Assembly: GCA_026770705.1 (NCBI GenBank)
Contig: JANJGN010000013.1
Span: 58,714,001-58,778,000, forward strand
Reading direction: 5' to 3'
DNA length: 64,000 bases
Origin: Isurus oxyrinchus
Lineage: Eukaryota
Shown: positions 1 through 11,149 of the stretch, one piece after another
Layout: each line of letters begins with the position of its first letter
Numbering within the stretch: position 1 is the first letter of the stretch
The notes under the pieces: model-generated
Seen by the model: the letters and a program-made list of their open reading frames with translations, nothing else
Told to the model about the DNA's origin: nothing
Database searches by the model: none
Made by a program: the position numbers and the translations under genes

Positions 1-224
1 GACAGGGGAGTCATGTCACGTGGGCGTAACACTATCCATGATAAAATATTTTCAATCATTACTGCATTCTTCATTTCCAGTGCCAACCGTTTTCAAACGC
101 CTCACTGAAATCCAAGTGCAAGACGTTGAAGCAATCAAGGTCCTTTGCCAAAGAAACCTAATAAGTTAGGTTGATGACCTTACATTCATGATCTTAATAC
201 TCTATCTTTTATGACCTTATTTCT

Positions 225-560
225 CTACAGATGTTTAATGATATTATCATGAATAAAGGTTTCCATAATTTTCCACACAGTAGGTGACAATTTTGCGACC
301 TGTCTTTCCTTCTATGGATCACTTTTGCTAGCTTTAAAAAGCATCTGTTTATTCCCCGACCAATGACCCCTCCCCGGCATGCAGCAGTTTCTGGAAGATT
401 TATGCCGGTGGCCCTGCAATTTCGTCCTTTATTCCCTGAAGAATTTTTGGATGCAATTTCGCTGCGTGCATTTCGATTATATTTTCATGGGCATTTGGCC
501 ATAATTTGTTCTCATTTGAGAGGTTCTTCTTTTAATGAGGATCCTGACCCAGGTGAAGGA
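225..560 (-). mobile_element. CR1-like LINE RT fragment
   Basis: Degenerate peptides HPKILQGIKDEIAGPP..IFQKLL and PTVWKIMETFIHDNIIKHL; paralog at ~33040-33380. Confidence 0.6.
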
Positions 561-2439
561 ACAGTCACATGTTGTGTATATCCACACAGTGGAATAAAGA
601 TGGATAGAGTTCATGGCACTGTTCGGTGTGGAGTCTATTCCCTAACAGTGCACTGACAATTTTGACGTAATTGTTTCCATAATTTAGTTGAAATAAACAC
701 ATTTTTTTGTTTACCTGCCATTGACAAGTAAGATGTTCTTATGGGTCTATTTCCCCTGACTCCCCATCAAGCCCCTCTGTAAACCTCGACTGACCATCCC
801 AGATCCTCTCTTGGCCATTGGCTAGCTAATATCATAAATGGTTATCAGTCCTCAAGCACTACCTGGCTCCTACCATTCAAAGCTGCTGTCATCACTACTG
901 GCCTCAGAATAATGCCTTCAACCCTTCTGCCTTTGTAATTTACCAGCCATCTCCAAATTCCTTGAACATGATGTTGATGCTGAAACCCACGCTCATCGTT
1001 TGCACCATTCCAGGTTTGAATCTTTATAATACAGTTTCCACCCCGCCTTGGTGAAGTAACAAATTACACTCTCTGTGATTGTGACTGTGGATAAGAATTC
1101 TTCCTTTCCCTTCTCGACCTCTCTACTGCCCTTGATATGGTTAGCCACCCCTGCTTCCTCCAAAGACTATCTTCTGTCCACACAGGTGAGGCTGTCTTCC
1201 CTTATTTCTTGTATTAAGCAAACAAAGGAAATAGGAGCAGGAATAGGCCATTCAGCCCCTCGATCCTGGTCCATTATTCAAGTAGATCATAGCTGACATT
1301 CTACATTAACACCATTTTCCGCTATATCCCCATATCCCTTGATAGTTTTTAATATTTAGAAACCTGTCAACCCCCGTCTTAATCTATGGAATCAGAGACA
1401 GAACATCTCCAGAAATTGATTCTCACGCTAGTGTTATGCTTATGTTACGAATAACCTGTTACAAACCCTTCCCCTTTCACCCTTCCTAATTGCCCCTTGG
1501 GCTATCATTTACAGCACCGAGCAGAAACAGCCTACTTAGCCATCTAGTCTGCACTGGCTCTTTGGGAGAGTAGCCCCGTGAATCCCATTCTACTCATCTT
1601 ATCGCATTTTCCTGTAAATTCCCCACCTTGCAATTATATAGCAGCTTGTCCTGGAGCCCTTCACAGTCAATGAAATAATTTTTGAAGTGTAGTGTCTGTT
1701 GCGACGCAGGCATCAAGGCAACAAATTTGTGCACAGCAAACTTCCGCAAGCAGAAACTTCATCAGGACAACATCATCTTTCCTGCTGATACTTCTTGAGC
1801 TTTAAGTGTTGGCCCAGGACACAAGAATAACTTCCCTTGTTTATCGTCCAATAGTGTCATCGATTTTCTTTACATCCACCTGCGAGAGCAGATGGCGACT
1901 TGTTTTGTTGTCTCATCCAAAAGATAGCACCACCTGCAGTCAGCTGCGATTAAATAAAAGCAATGCTGTGGAAATGATGTTAATTCGTTTGTGTCCACGA
2001 AACGATGGATTATGTACCAGTTTTTCTTGTTTTTATACAAACCCTATGCGATTCATCAATTTAATTGCTAAATGTCTGTAGCCGCCGCTTTGCTATCGTG
2101 AGCAGTACCATAGAGCGTTCCTCAGCTAGCGTGTGAGATATCGCACATGTGCAGCTACAGAACAGAGCTTGGTCAATCTGCTCATCGGCTAATACGTTGT
2201 GCAATTTAATATGGATATTGCTTAGTCTGTGATGAAACCCTCATCATTAAACACATGCACAATCCGTCACAAAGGAGAGGACAGATTTCATCCTTTCTGT
2301 TAAAATCTGGCGCAAATAGTTTTTCATCCTGTTTTCGCAAACTTCTTCAGCGTGAGTGATTTACATGATGAAGCCAATTAAAAATAACTTCATTCCTATT
2401 TCCTTCGTCAATAATCAATACCACAAAGCACTTAATACT

Positions 2440-3960
2440 GGACATAAGAACATAAGTATTAGGAGCAGGAAGAGGCCATTTGGACCTTTGAGTCTGCTAC
2501 GCCATTCAAATTTCTACCTCAACTCCACCTTCCTTCCCTATCCCCAAATTCGTTAATTCACTTAAAAACCCAAAATCTGTGAATTTCTGTCTTGAACATA
2601 TACAACGACTACGCTTCCACAGCTCCCTTCTGTAGAGAATTTCAAAGATTCCACATATACCAGTGTCAGGCCTGGGAAATTGCAGCCATGAGGAAAATTG
2701 AGTGAGCTAGGGTTGTTTTCCTTAGAGCAGACGGGGCTAAAGGTTGACTTGATTGAAGTGTACAAAATTATGAATGGCTTAGATAGAGTTGACTGTTTCC
2801 CTTAGCAGAGAGCTCAATGGTAGGTGTCTGGAATTCTCTGCCCGGATTGGTGGTTCAGAAAGAAACCCTCAACTCCTTTAAAAGGTACCTGAGTCTGCGC
2901 CTGAAGTGCTTCAACCTGCAAAGCTACGGACCGGGTGCTAGATGTGGGGTTTAGAATGAGCGGCTAGTTCTTGTTTCAACCGGCGCAGGCATATTGAGCT
3001 GAATGGCCTCTTTCTGTGTCGTAACTTTTCTGTAGTTTGATGGTTCTACCTTGTCGATTGCGGAGGCACAATCACTGATCTTTGCGTCACACTGGTAGTT
3101 ACAGCCTGCCAATTTAAAAATGACCCATTTATTCCTATTTCCTGTTTGTGTCAATTCACCAATCTCAATTCACGTTAATATATATTACGTCCAATCCCGT
3201 GGTCCCTAATTTTGCGTAATGAAAGCTTGTGTGGCACACGATTTAATGTTTTATTTTTTGAAAATGCTATAGAACTATATCCACGGATTCCACGTTATCC
3301 TCCTTACTAGCGATATACTCCAACACTGATTTTCTAACTGTCCTGTTATCATGCCCGAGATAAGAAAATTCTAGTATTTTGGCCACTACTGATGTTAGGC
3401 CAATTGGTTTAAATTTCCCCATTTCTTTATTCCTCCTTTCTGAAATATCTGGGTTACGTTTGCTACCTTCCAACCCTTGGGAACCCCTCTAGAATCTAAG
3501 GGATTCTGGAAGATCGATATCAATGCATCTCTGCAGCGACCTCGTGCAAAACCCTAAGGTTCGCCAGGTCCAGGGGAATTTCGACAAGTTATTCTCATGA
3601 GTTTCCTCTGTACCACTTGGTAACTTATATTGGTTTATGTATATTCTGCATTCTCGCTAAACCATTCGTTCTTAATTATTTCCGGATTATTTTTACGCCT
3701 TCTATCTTGAGAACAGTTATCCAGTATGCGTTTAGTTCCTCTTCCATTTCCTTAATCTGCATTATGACTTGGCCTGTTTATGCTGCGAATCTTGCCATGT
3801 TTATATTAATTAATCTAGTACTATTTCTATACGTTTAGAAACATTCATAACCTGTTGTTGTAACTCTTGCTATTCTAATCTCTAATCCTCTTTCCCCTTT
3901 ACAGATCACTCACTTGGGCCTCTTTTGCTGAATTCTAACATCCTCCCAATCCTCGGGCAT
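2440..3960. mobile_element. Mosaic of CR1-like LINE fragments
   Basis: LGLFSLEQTGLKVDLIEVYKIMNGLDRV on + (~2708-2790), KFKPIGLTSVVAKILE on - (~3370-3420), and 3'-end-like motifs (ATTAGGAGCAGGAAGAGGCCATT). Confidence 0.6.
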
Positions 3961-4195
3961 ACTACTCATTTGGAAATATATATCCAGTCACATATACATA
4001 CATTAGCAGTGTGGACACGATGAACAGAATTGCTTCATCGAACACCAATAGCAGTGGTGCAATGTGTTTCGAAAAATCTGTGCGCACTCTTTATAACTTT
4101 AGCCTTAATCACATCAAAATCATGAGATTTGATTTATATTGCATCAGAAATAAAATACACAAAAACTGTTTTGCATTTGATGTTCGGAACGTTAC

Positions 4196-4201
4196 TTTAT
4201 T
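4196..4201 (-). terminator. Putative polyadenylation signal for C1
   Basis: TTTATT on + (AATAAA on -), about 310 nt past the C stop. The homologous position in C4 also has TTTATT (63192-63202). Confidence 0.6.
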
Positions 4202-4509
4202 CAACGCCTGTACTGGAAAAGTCTAATGGAGATTAAATGATTAAGGTGAAATAACCATATTGTTGCATTTTAATTATCGTTATCGGTGCATAAAGGTAAA
4301 TTAATAAACATCGACTTTTCAATTAACACCGGCAATCTCTCGATGGAAGAGTCTTTGAAAACAGAAATTCTTACAAAGCGAAGATCCAACCGCCATGGCT
4401 AATTGCTTAAATCTCCGAAATACAATCAATTACTGTCCTTTTCGTTACATGAAAGAAATTAGTAGGAATGAACAAATATTCTCAGCTGAGTCAAGTATAG
4501 TCTCCGAAA

Positions 4510-4813
4510 TCACATACAACTGGATCTTGAGATGCTTGAGCGAAACGGGTTTGCTTGAGTCTCGTGTTTAACCAGACAAGAGTAAAGCTCGTGTGAGTTC
4601 CAGTCTGAGGCTGACAGAGTCAGATAACTGCTCACACTGAACGTGTTGTCTGTCTGCTGCTGGATCCGACTGGTCTCAACCCCATTACCTCTGACACTGC
4701 CATCGACAGTCTATTCAATCTCCACAGCTCCCGGCTTAAAACCGCTCACCAAACACACCAGGGTCGCCGTGTTTTTCGCTGTGGAAGGAGAGAGACAGAT
4801 GGTTCCTGTGGGT
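4510..4813 (-). pseudogene. Ig lambda C exon C1, frameshifted
   Basis: Motifs [36 protein letters not shown]...SYLTLSASDWNSHELYSCLVKHETQANPF...SSCM match the shark lambda C as I recall it. A 19-nt deletion near 4783 (304 nt vs 323 nt for C4) shifts the frame, and the conserved Trp is TAG at 4711-4713. Confidence 0.93.
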
Positions 4814-5319
4814 CTGTTTAAAACAAAACTAAGTTAAGAGGTGTTGGGGGAATTGCCTTGATTGAACGCATGAGATTTTTTTAAAACACTACAATTCGAA
4901 TTCTGTCATTCATTAAATAGATGAAATAGACCCCTTTGATTCGCGCGGTCTTCCGAGGAAGGCTGAAGGAAGGAGATTGGTAGGACGTTTGGAACTGAAA
5001 GAGCGAACTTAGGTTTCAATGGCTGACTGGAGTTGGGTCTGTTCAATTTTATAGTCAGCAAAAAAATACGCGCACAGTTTATTTGGCATTGTCGCTCCTG
5101 AACGATATAACACATTTCTTTGCTGTTAATATATTGCTGACAATATGAGGGTCATTATGTAGCTGCTGTGTCTCCACACTCAGACGCTGCTGCCACGAAT
5201 AATTATAAATAGATTTAGAAGCACGTTAAATTTGATGAAATGCTGATTAGCTTTGCAAAGGGTTTACTGATTAACCTTTTTCTTATACCCTGAACAGTGT
5301 AGGTGTACTTGCTCCCGTA

Positions 5320-5530
5320 CTTCTCCCCTCTTGAATCAGATGGTTTCAACACCACGCCGGAAACTGACCTCGCAACCTAGACTGAAATTCCAGCCACGTG
5401 AATGTGGCTCGGGCCGTTCTGACAGCTTTTGGATAAGAATTAAACCGAAATCCTCGTCTGATTGACCTAAATTACTCTATTGCAGTATTGGAGGAAGTCG
5501 CGCCAGGCTGTTCTCATTGTGTGAAAGCAG
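5320..5530 (+). repeat. Degenerate SINE (Deu-domain/SacSINE-like) in the J-C intron
   Basis: GGTTTCAACACCAC...TTGGATAAGAATTAAACCGAAATCCTCGTCTG resembles the Deu core as I recall it. Copies at ~25180-25390 and ~38445-38655; inverted relatives at ~1800-1945, ~34600-34730 and ~55950-56075. Confidence 0.4.
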
Positions 5531-7039
5531 ATTAACCAGTGATTCCTCGCACTGCTGCATGTGGGAAATAGATTGCGGAGATCATTATGAGGATCTCATT
5601 AACACAAAATCTTTCCGCCAACGCTCTGGCATGTTTCGGATAGAGTCCGTGAAATAAAGGCAAAATAATTATCTGTATGAGTTTTGTCCTTCAGTGTTGC
5701 GTGGTCTGTAAGAGGAGCCGATGGGGGAAATCTTAACTTTGTGCAACAGTGTAAAACTAATTGACCAAGTTAAACTGCACGCGCACATTACTTGTATGAA
5801 AGATATAGATTTGTTTAGATCTAGAGCAAGGGTTAGCGCCAAAAGAATTTGGGCGAATTTGCTTCCATCATTAAAGTCGAAAGCGTAACAATTGAATATG
5901 ATCAACACTATTAATACAACGGAATTGTTACTTTGAGTCACATTCTGATTTCTCTGATTACTGGTCTGTGCATCGAAATTACCAACAACTCAGGTTCGAT
6001 TTCAGCAGCAGAAATAACACAAAGTTTCTGTCCAAGGTCGCATGCTTAATACACAGGGCAATCTGACAATGTGAATAGTTCGAGCACAATGAAAGAATTT
6101 AGTAATGCCACTGATCTCATGTTCACACATGTTCATCTTAGTTTTAAAAAGACTCTGCGCTGACGTGGAATTTGGCATTACAGAAGGGACCAGGAGTTGA
6201 CTCGCTGTATAACTGCAAACCCGCAAGCGCTTAATCAGAGATGTATAAATGCCTTATTTATGGGCAGCTTTGTGAATTCGACCCCTTACATAGGTTGCGC
6301 CACATTTAACCAACGCACAATAAATGAAATGTTTCCCCACTGCGCGGCCATTCATCATGTGCGTTCAGTTTAACGCAGTATTCGGACTGAATTTCAGTTG
6401 TTACTCAAAGCCGCTATAGTCAGTAGAAGAATAGTTTCAGCTAAAAACCTAATAAGGAACTCAGAGCGCAGAACATTGAAGGTTCAATTTAACATCCATT
6501 TTTAACCTTTCTTTGCTCTTCCGGTTCTGAAGGGAGAATTGAAATGGGCTGATGTTTGGCCATGTCCATTATTTCAAGTAGCTGGCGCAAGTGCTCATTA
6601 TCTATTTGTGCCAACAGGCACGGCGTTTTGGAAAGGTATTGGAAGGGAAGCAATACCATTGTTATCAATCGTGTGGTTACTGGTCATTTTCTTATTTCCC
6701 TGCAAGGTCACTCGATGTTGGATTATGATTAAAGATTCTGACTGATTACCCCGTTCTATGGCGGAGAGATTCTGAGGCGGTTGGTTATTGTGACTGGGGC
6801 AATACAGCTCATTACAGACCAAAACTCCATTCTGAACTCACAGAAAATATTATAGAACTGGAAAGCTCAGATTTTAACTACTTACCAGGGGTAGTCTTGC
6901 ATTATTTAAATTTAATTAATGGTGCTATTGTTAAAAGGGCATTAAAATTGCTGCGAAATAAAATAACTAGTCACCTATTTTATTTACTTCTTAACCTGAA
7001 GCACGCTTTGAACAATATATCCGAAATGGTTTTACTCAC

Positions 7040-7387
7040 TGCCAACACCCAGTTCGGTTCCTTCACCGAAGTTGTACATGCTGTTTTTCCATATAGCACA
7101 ATAATAGTCCGCGCCATCCTCCGATTTAACGTTACTAATAGTTAACGTTCCCGTGTTGCCGGATACCGAGCCAGAAAACCGGTCGGGAACACCGGAGGCT
7201 CTGTGCGTGCTGCTTCCAGAATAATAATAAAGCAGATACCGAGGAGCATTTCCAGATTTCTGCTGGTACCAATATATGTTGCTGCTTCCTAAAGTGGCAC
7301 CGGACAAGGTGCAACTTATTTGGACGATTCCTCCGAGAGAAGTCGATTTCGAAGGCGGTTGATTTACTGTAATGTCCGCGTTTGAAA
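7040..7387 (-). CDS. Germline-joined VJ exon of Ig lambda (type II/NS3) light chain, open reading frame intact
   Basis: Acceptor TTTTCTTGCAG, then (V)SNADITVNQPPSKSTSLGGIVQISCTLSGATLGSSNIYWYQQKSGNAPRYLL...GVPDRFSGS...[27 protein letters not shown], then donor GTGAGT. Both Cys, WYQQ, YYC and FGxG are present. V and J are contiguous with no RSS, and the leader intron is retained, so it is not a retrocopy. Confidence 0.95.
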
Positions 7388-7517
7388 CTGCAAGAAAATG
7401 GCATAAAAATGTGGGTGTAAATTGGTCAAACTATTGAGTTTTAACTCCCGTGAAATATCATCCAAAAATACTTCCTAAAGGCGCCTTTACAGTAAATCTA
7501 CGTTTTAAAATACTCAC

Positions 7518-7566
7518 CTGCCAGGCAAAAAATGAACACAGTGATTGCATGGACGCAGTCAGTCAT
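7518..7566 (-). CDS. Ig lambda (type II) light-chain leader exon, cluster A1
   Basis: Reverse complement reads MTDCVHAITVFIFCLA plus one G (49 nt, phase 1), followed by donor GTGAGTA. Hydrophobic signal peptide; paralog at 40685-40733. Confidence 0.93.
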
Positions 7567-7642
7567 TGTGGAAAGTTTAACGAGCCACCGAAGTACTGAC
7601 AGATCTATGACAAGATGGGTTAGCTGTCGGAATCTCTCTGTT

Positions 7643-7651
7643 TTTTAATAA
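7643..7651 (-). promoter_or_regulatory. TATA-like box of cluster A1 (octamer lost)
   Basis: TTATTAAAA on the minus strand about 80 nt upstream of the ATG, next to an E-box (CACCTG); conserved at ~40812-40826. Confidence 0.5.
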
Positions 7652-7809
7652 CACCTGTCTTCAAGAAGGTGTTAAAAACAAAAAAAACTGCGGATGCTGG
7701 AAATCCAAAACAAAAACAGAATTACCTGGAAAAACTCAGCAGGTCTGGCAGCATCGGCGGAGAAGAAAAGAGAGGAGAGAGGAGAGGAGAGAGTTGACGA
7801 AACGTTAAA

Positions 7810-9159
7810 ATGGCAAGCGACATCCCCCACCAGGATGGTCTGAGGGCCCTTAGCTTCTTCCTCGAACAGAAGCCCGAACAATCCCCATCCACCACTACTC
7901 TCCTCCGTCTGGCTGAACTTGTTCTCACGTTGAACAATTTCTCCTTCAACTCCTCTCACTTTCTCCAAATAAAAGGTGTGGCTATGGGTACCCGCATGGG
8001 CCCCAGCTATGCCTGTCTCTTTATGGGATATGTGGAACATTCCTTGTTGCAGTCCTACCCCGGCCCCCTTCCACAACTTTTTCTCCGGTACATCGATGAT
8101 TACTTCGGTGCCGCTTCATGCTCTCGTCGGGACTTGGAAAAATTTATTAATTTTGCTTCCAATCTCCACCCCTCCATCATTTTCACGTGGTCCATCTCTG
8201 ACACTTCCCTTCCCTTCCTTGACCTCTCTGTCTCAATCTCTGGTGATAGACTGTCCACCAATATCCATTACAAACCCACCGACTCCCACAGCTACCTCGA
8301 CTACAGCTCCTCACACCCCGCTTCCTGTAAGGACTCCATCCCATTCTCCCAGTTCCTTCGCCTTCGTCGCATCTGTTCCGATGATGCTACCTTCAAAAAC
8401 GGTTCCTTTGACATGTCCTCCTTCTTCCTTAACCGAGGTTTTCCACCCACGGTCGTTGACAGGGCCCTCAACCGTGTCCGGCCCATCTCCCGCGCATCCG
8501 CCCTCACGCCTTCTCCTCCCTCCCAGAAACATGATAGGGTCCCCCTTGTCCTCACTTATCACCCCACCAGCCTCCGCATTCAAAGGATCATCCTCCGCCA
8601 TTTCCGCCAACTCCAGCATGATGCCACCACCAAACACATCTTCCCTTCACCCCCCTTATCGGCATTCCGTAGGGATCGCTCCCTCCGGGACACCCTGGTC
8701 CACTCCTCCATCACCCCCTACTCCTCAACCCCCTCCTATGGCACCACCCCATGCCCACGCAAAAGATGTAACACCTGCTCCTTCACTTCCTCTCTCCTCA
8801 CCGTCCAAGGGCCCAAACATTCCTTTCAAGTGAAGCAGCATTTCACTTGCATTTCCCCCAACTTAGTCTACTGCATTCGTTGCTCCCAATGTGGTCTCCT
8901 CTACATTGGAGAGACCAAACGTAAACTGGGCGACCGCTTTGCAGAACACCTGCGGTCTGTCGGCAAGAATGACCCAAACCTCCCTGTCGCTTGCCATTTT
9001 AACACTCCACCCTGCTCTCTTGCCCACATGTCTGTCCTTGGCTTACTGCATTGTTCCAGTGAAGCCCAACGCAAACTGGAGGAACAACACCTCATCTTCC
9101 GACTAGGCACCTTACAGCCTTCCGGTCTGAATATTGAATTCAATAACTTTAGGTCGTGA
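7810..9159 (+). CDS. Penelope-like ORF: C-terminal part of RT plus GIY-YIG endonuclease (449 aa, uninterrupted)
   Basis: Motifs QIKGVAMGTRMGPSYA, RYIDD, HYKPT, CPRKRCNTC, NLVYCIRC..CGLLYIGETKR, R..EH and GLN. It begins at IPHQDG, after the RT motif-A aspartate. Confidence 0.88.
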   Translation: MASDIPHQDGLRALSFFLEQKPEQSPSTTTLLRLAELVLTLNNFSFNSSHFLQIKGVAMGTRMGPSYACLFMGYVEHSLLQSYPGPLPQLFLRYIDDYFGAASCSRRDLEKFINFASNLHPSIIFTWSISDTSLPFLDLSVSISGDRLSTNIHYKPTDSHSYLDYSSSHPASCKDSIPFSQFLRLRRICSDDATFKNGSFDMSSFFLNRGFPPTVVDRALNRVRPISRASALTPSPPSQKHDRVPLVLTYHPTSLRIQRIILRHFRQLQHDATTKHIFPSPPLSAFRRDRSLRDTLVHSSITPYSSTPSYGTTPCPRKRCNTCSFTSSLLTVQGPKHSFQVKQHFTCISPNLVYCIRCSQCGLLYIGETKRKLGDRFAEHLRSVGKNDPNLPVACHFNTPPCSLAHMSVLGLLHCSSEAQRKLEEQHLIFRLGTLQPSGLNIEFNNFRS

Positions 9160-9547
9160 GCTCCCTCCCCCATCCCCACCCCCTTTCTGTTTCCCCCTTT
9201 TTTCCCCTTTTTTTTCCCTATAAATTTTATAGATTTTTCTTTTCCCACCTATTTCCATTATTTTTAAATATTTTAAAATCTTTTATGCTCCCCCCACCCC
9301 CACTAGAGCTGTACCTTGAGTGCCCTACCATCTATTCTTAATTAGCACATTCGTTTAGATATCACCAACTTTAACTTTAACACCTATGTGTTCTTTTGCA
9401 CCATTGTCACTGACATCTTTTGATGATCTGCTTCTATCACTGCTTGTTTGTCTACACAAGCACCTCTGTCTCTCTCTCTCTCTCCGCCCCCCCACACACA
9501 CACCTTAAACCAGCTTATATTTCAACTCTTTCTTGGACTCGAAATCA

Positions 9548-9586
9548 AGTTCTGTCGAAGGGTCATGAGGACTCGAAACGTCAACT
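9548..9586 (+). ncRNA. Minimal hammerhead ribozyme-like motif in the pLTR (variant core)
   Basis: AGTT-CTGTCGA-A-GGGTC-ATGAG-GACTC-GAAA-C-GTC-AACT: stem I AGUU/AACU, stem II GGGUC/GACUC, GAAA box, palindromic ACGU in place of helix III, and a GUC cleavage triplet. Present in about 10 copies. Confidence 0.7.
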
Positions 9587-10070
9587 CTTTTCTTCTCCGC
9601 CGATGCTGGCAGACCTGCTGAGTTTTTCCAGGTAATTCTGTTTTTGCTTTGGATTTCCAGCATCCGCAGTTTTCTTTGTTTTCACATTGTGTAAATGTTT
9701 TGACTTCATTTTCCTGGTGAAAGCGATTTGAACCATAGAAACATACAGCACAAAATGATGCAATTTAGCTCCCCATTCTTTGCCTGATCTATGAATGAAC
9801 GACCCAATTCGCCCTGCACCTACATTTCTCAATGTTTCGGGTTGAGGGCTAGGGGACCAGGCTTCCCCACATTCGCCCCGACACAATCAAAGAAGCATTT
9901 CAGAACTTGGGTGTTAATCTAAACTATTTCCACCACAGGTCAGCCATGACACCAGAAGGCAGCCTTTAAGGAGCAATCGGGAAATTAGGAGACGGAAAAA
10001 GAGTAAAATGTGGGTGAAGAAGGGCACCAACTGCCGAGAGAGTTGGAAGAATCAGGCACTGGCTTTTCTT

Positions 10071-10245
10071 AAAAACAAAAAAACTGCGGATGCTGGAAAT
10101 CCAAAACAAAAACAGAATTACCTGGAAAAACTCAGCAGGTCTGGCAGCATCGGCGGAGAAGAAAAGAGTTGACGTTTCGAGTCCTCATGACCCTTCGACA
10201 GAACTTGAGTTCGAGTCCAAGAAAGAGTTGAAAATGCTGGAAATG
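10071..10245 (-). mobile_element. Short Penelope pLTR insertion
   Basis: pLTR 3' end flanked by the 12-bp duplication CTGGCTTTTCTT (10059-10070 / 10246-10257); empty site at ~41500. Confidence 0.85.
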
Positions 10246-11149
10246 CTGGCTTTTCTTCTTCTACTAGATGAAAGTTCGATGGAATCCAGGGACATTCACG
10301 TCCGCTCTTGGCTGGGAATGCAGCCAGCTGGCGCACACTAACCCCCGACAGCATCACCCACCACCCTGCACCCTCCGTGCATCTCCAGTCCACCTCAAAT
10401 CAGAGGTAGAGTCACCCAGATCACGTCAAGCCGGTAGTCAAATTCCACCGGAGTGAATGAGTTCTTCCAGTCAGATTGTTGGGAACACTCCCTGGGAGGG
10501 TGGAGGATGTGAGACCAGCAAGAAGGTGGCCTTGGAATGGTGAGTTCATGGGCGGTGGATCAGCGAAGAGCAGACTGGAGAGTTCGTCTAGACTTTGGGC
10601 CTAAAATGGGCACCTCGAAGCAGCAGGGGATTGAATTCCATTCACTCCGAACTCCTCTTTAACTTCCTTCCCAAAACATGTGACAATTACCGTTGTTTCT
10701 CGTTTGTTGGTTTAAAATCTGTTATTCCTGACAAGGGAAACTTTTTGTGTCAGAGTTAAACTTTTATTTAACTTCAGTTTGTAAAGTTGACTAAAACTTT
10801 AAAGCATTTCTAAAGTTTCTGGTGAAAGATAATCGACCTGAAACGTTTAAATTTTAAATTAATTTAGCCTAATATTCTAATATTCTGCAACGCTCATCTT
10901 TATTTTTATCGTTTTGAAAAATATTCGTGTAAATAGCTGTTGAAATTTCTAAGGAGGCTTCCTATTGTAAGAAAACAATATTGTAATTAGAATGTGCTTC
11001 TTAAGATCTTTTTTGTCAAATTTGTCTGAAATTTCTGGACATAGTTTACTTTTTTCAGGCGTGTGCAGTTATTTATAAAATTTTTCACTTAAAGTAATGA
11101 AATATTTTTGTGATACAACAGTGCCTTTCTCTTCCCGGTGTGATTACAA

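Larger units (their letters stand above)
7672..9682 (+). mobile_element. Penelope-like retroelement, 5'-truncated, with inverted pseudo-LTR at its 5' end
   Basis: RT and GIY-YIG coding region followed by a pLTR (9160-9682). Positions 7672-7799 are an inverted copy of the pLTR end. Absent from the paralogous promoter at ~40843. Confidence 0.93.

Noticed and set aside
4846-4857. NF-kB-like sites near C acceptors (also ~24665)
   Set aside because: They mismatch the consensus and are not conserved at the paralogous position near 37945.
7537-7543. CACAGTG heptamer in the leader exon (also at 585-591)
   Set aside because: No nonamer at 12- or 23-bp spacing; the leader copy simply encodes I-T-V on the other strand.
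7976-8833. 285-aa Pro/Ser-rich ORF
   Set aside because: Alternate frame of the C-rich Penelope RT region; the same peptide appears in the frameshifted copy at 58509-59170.
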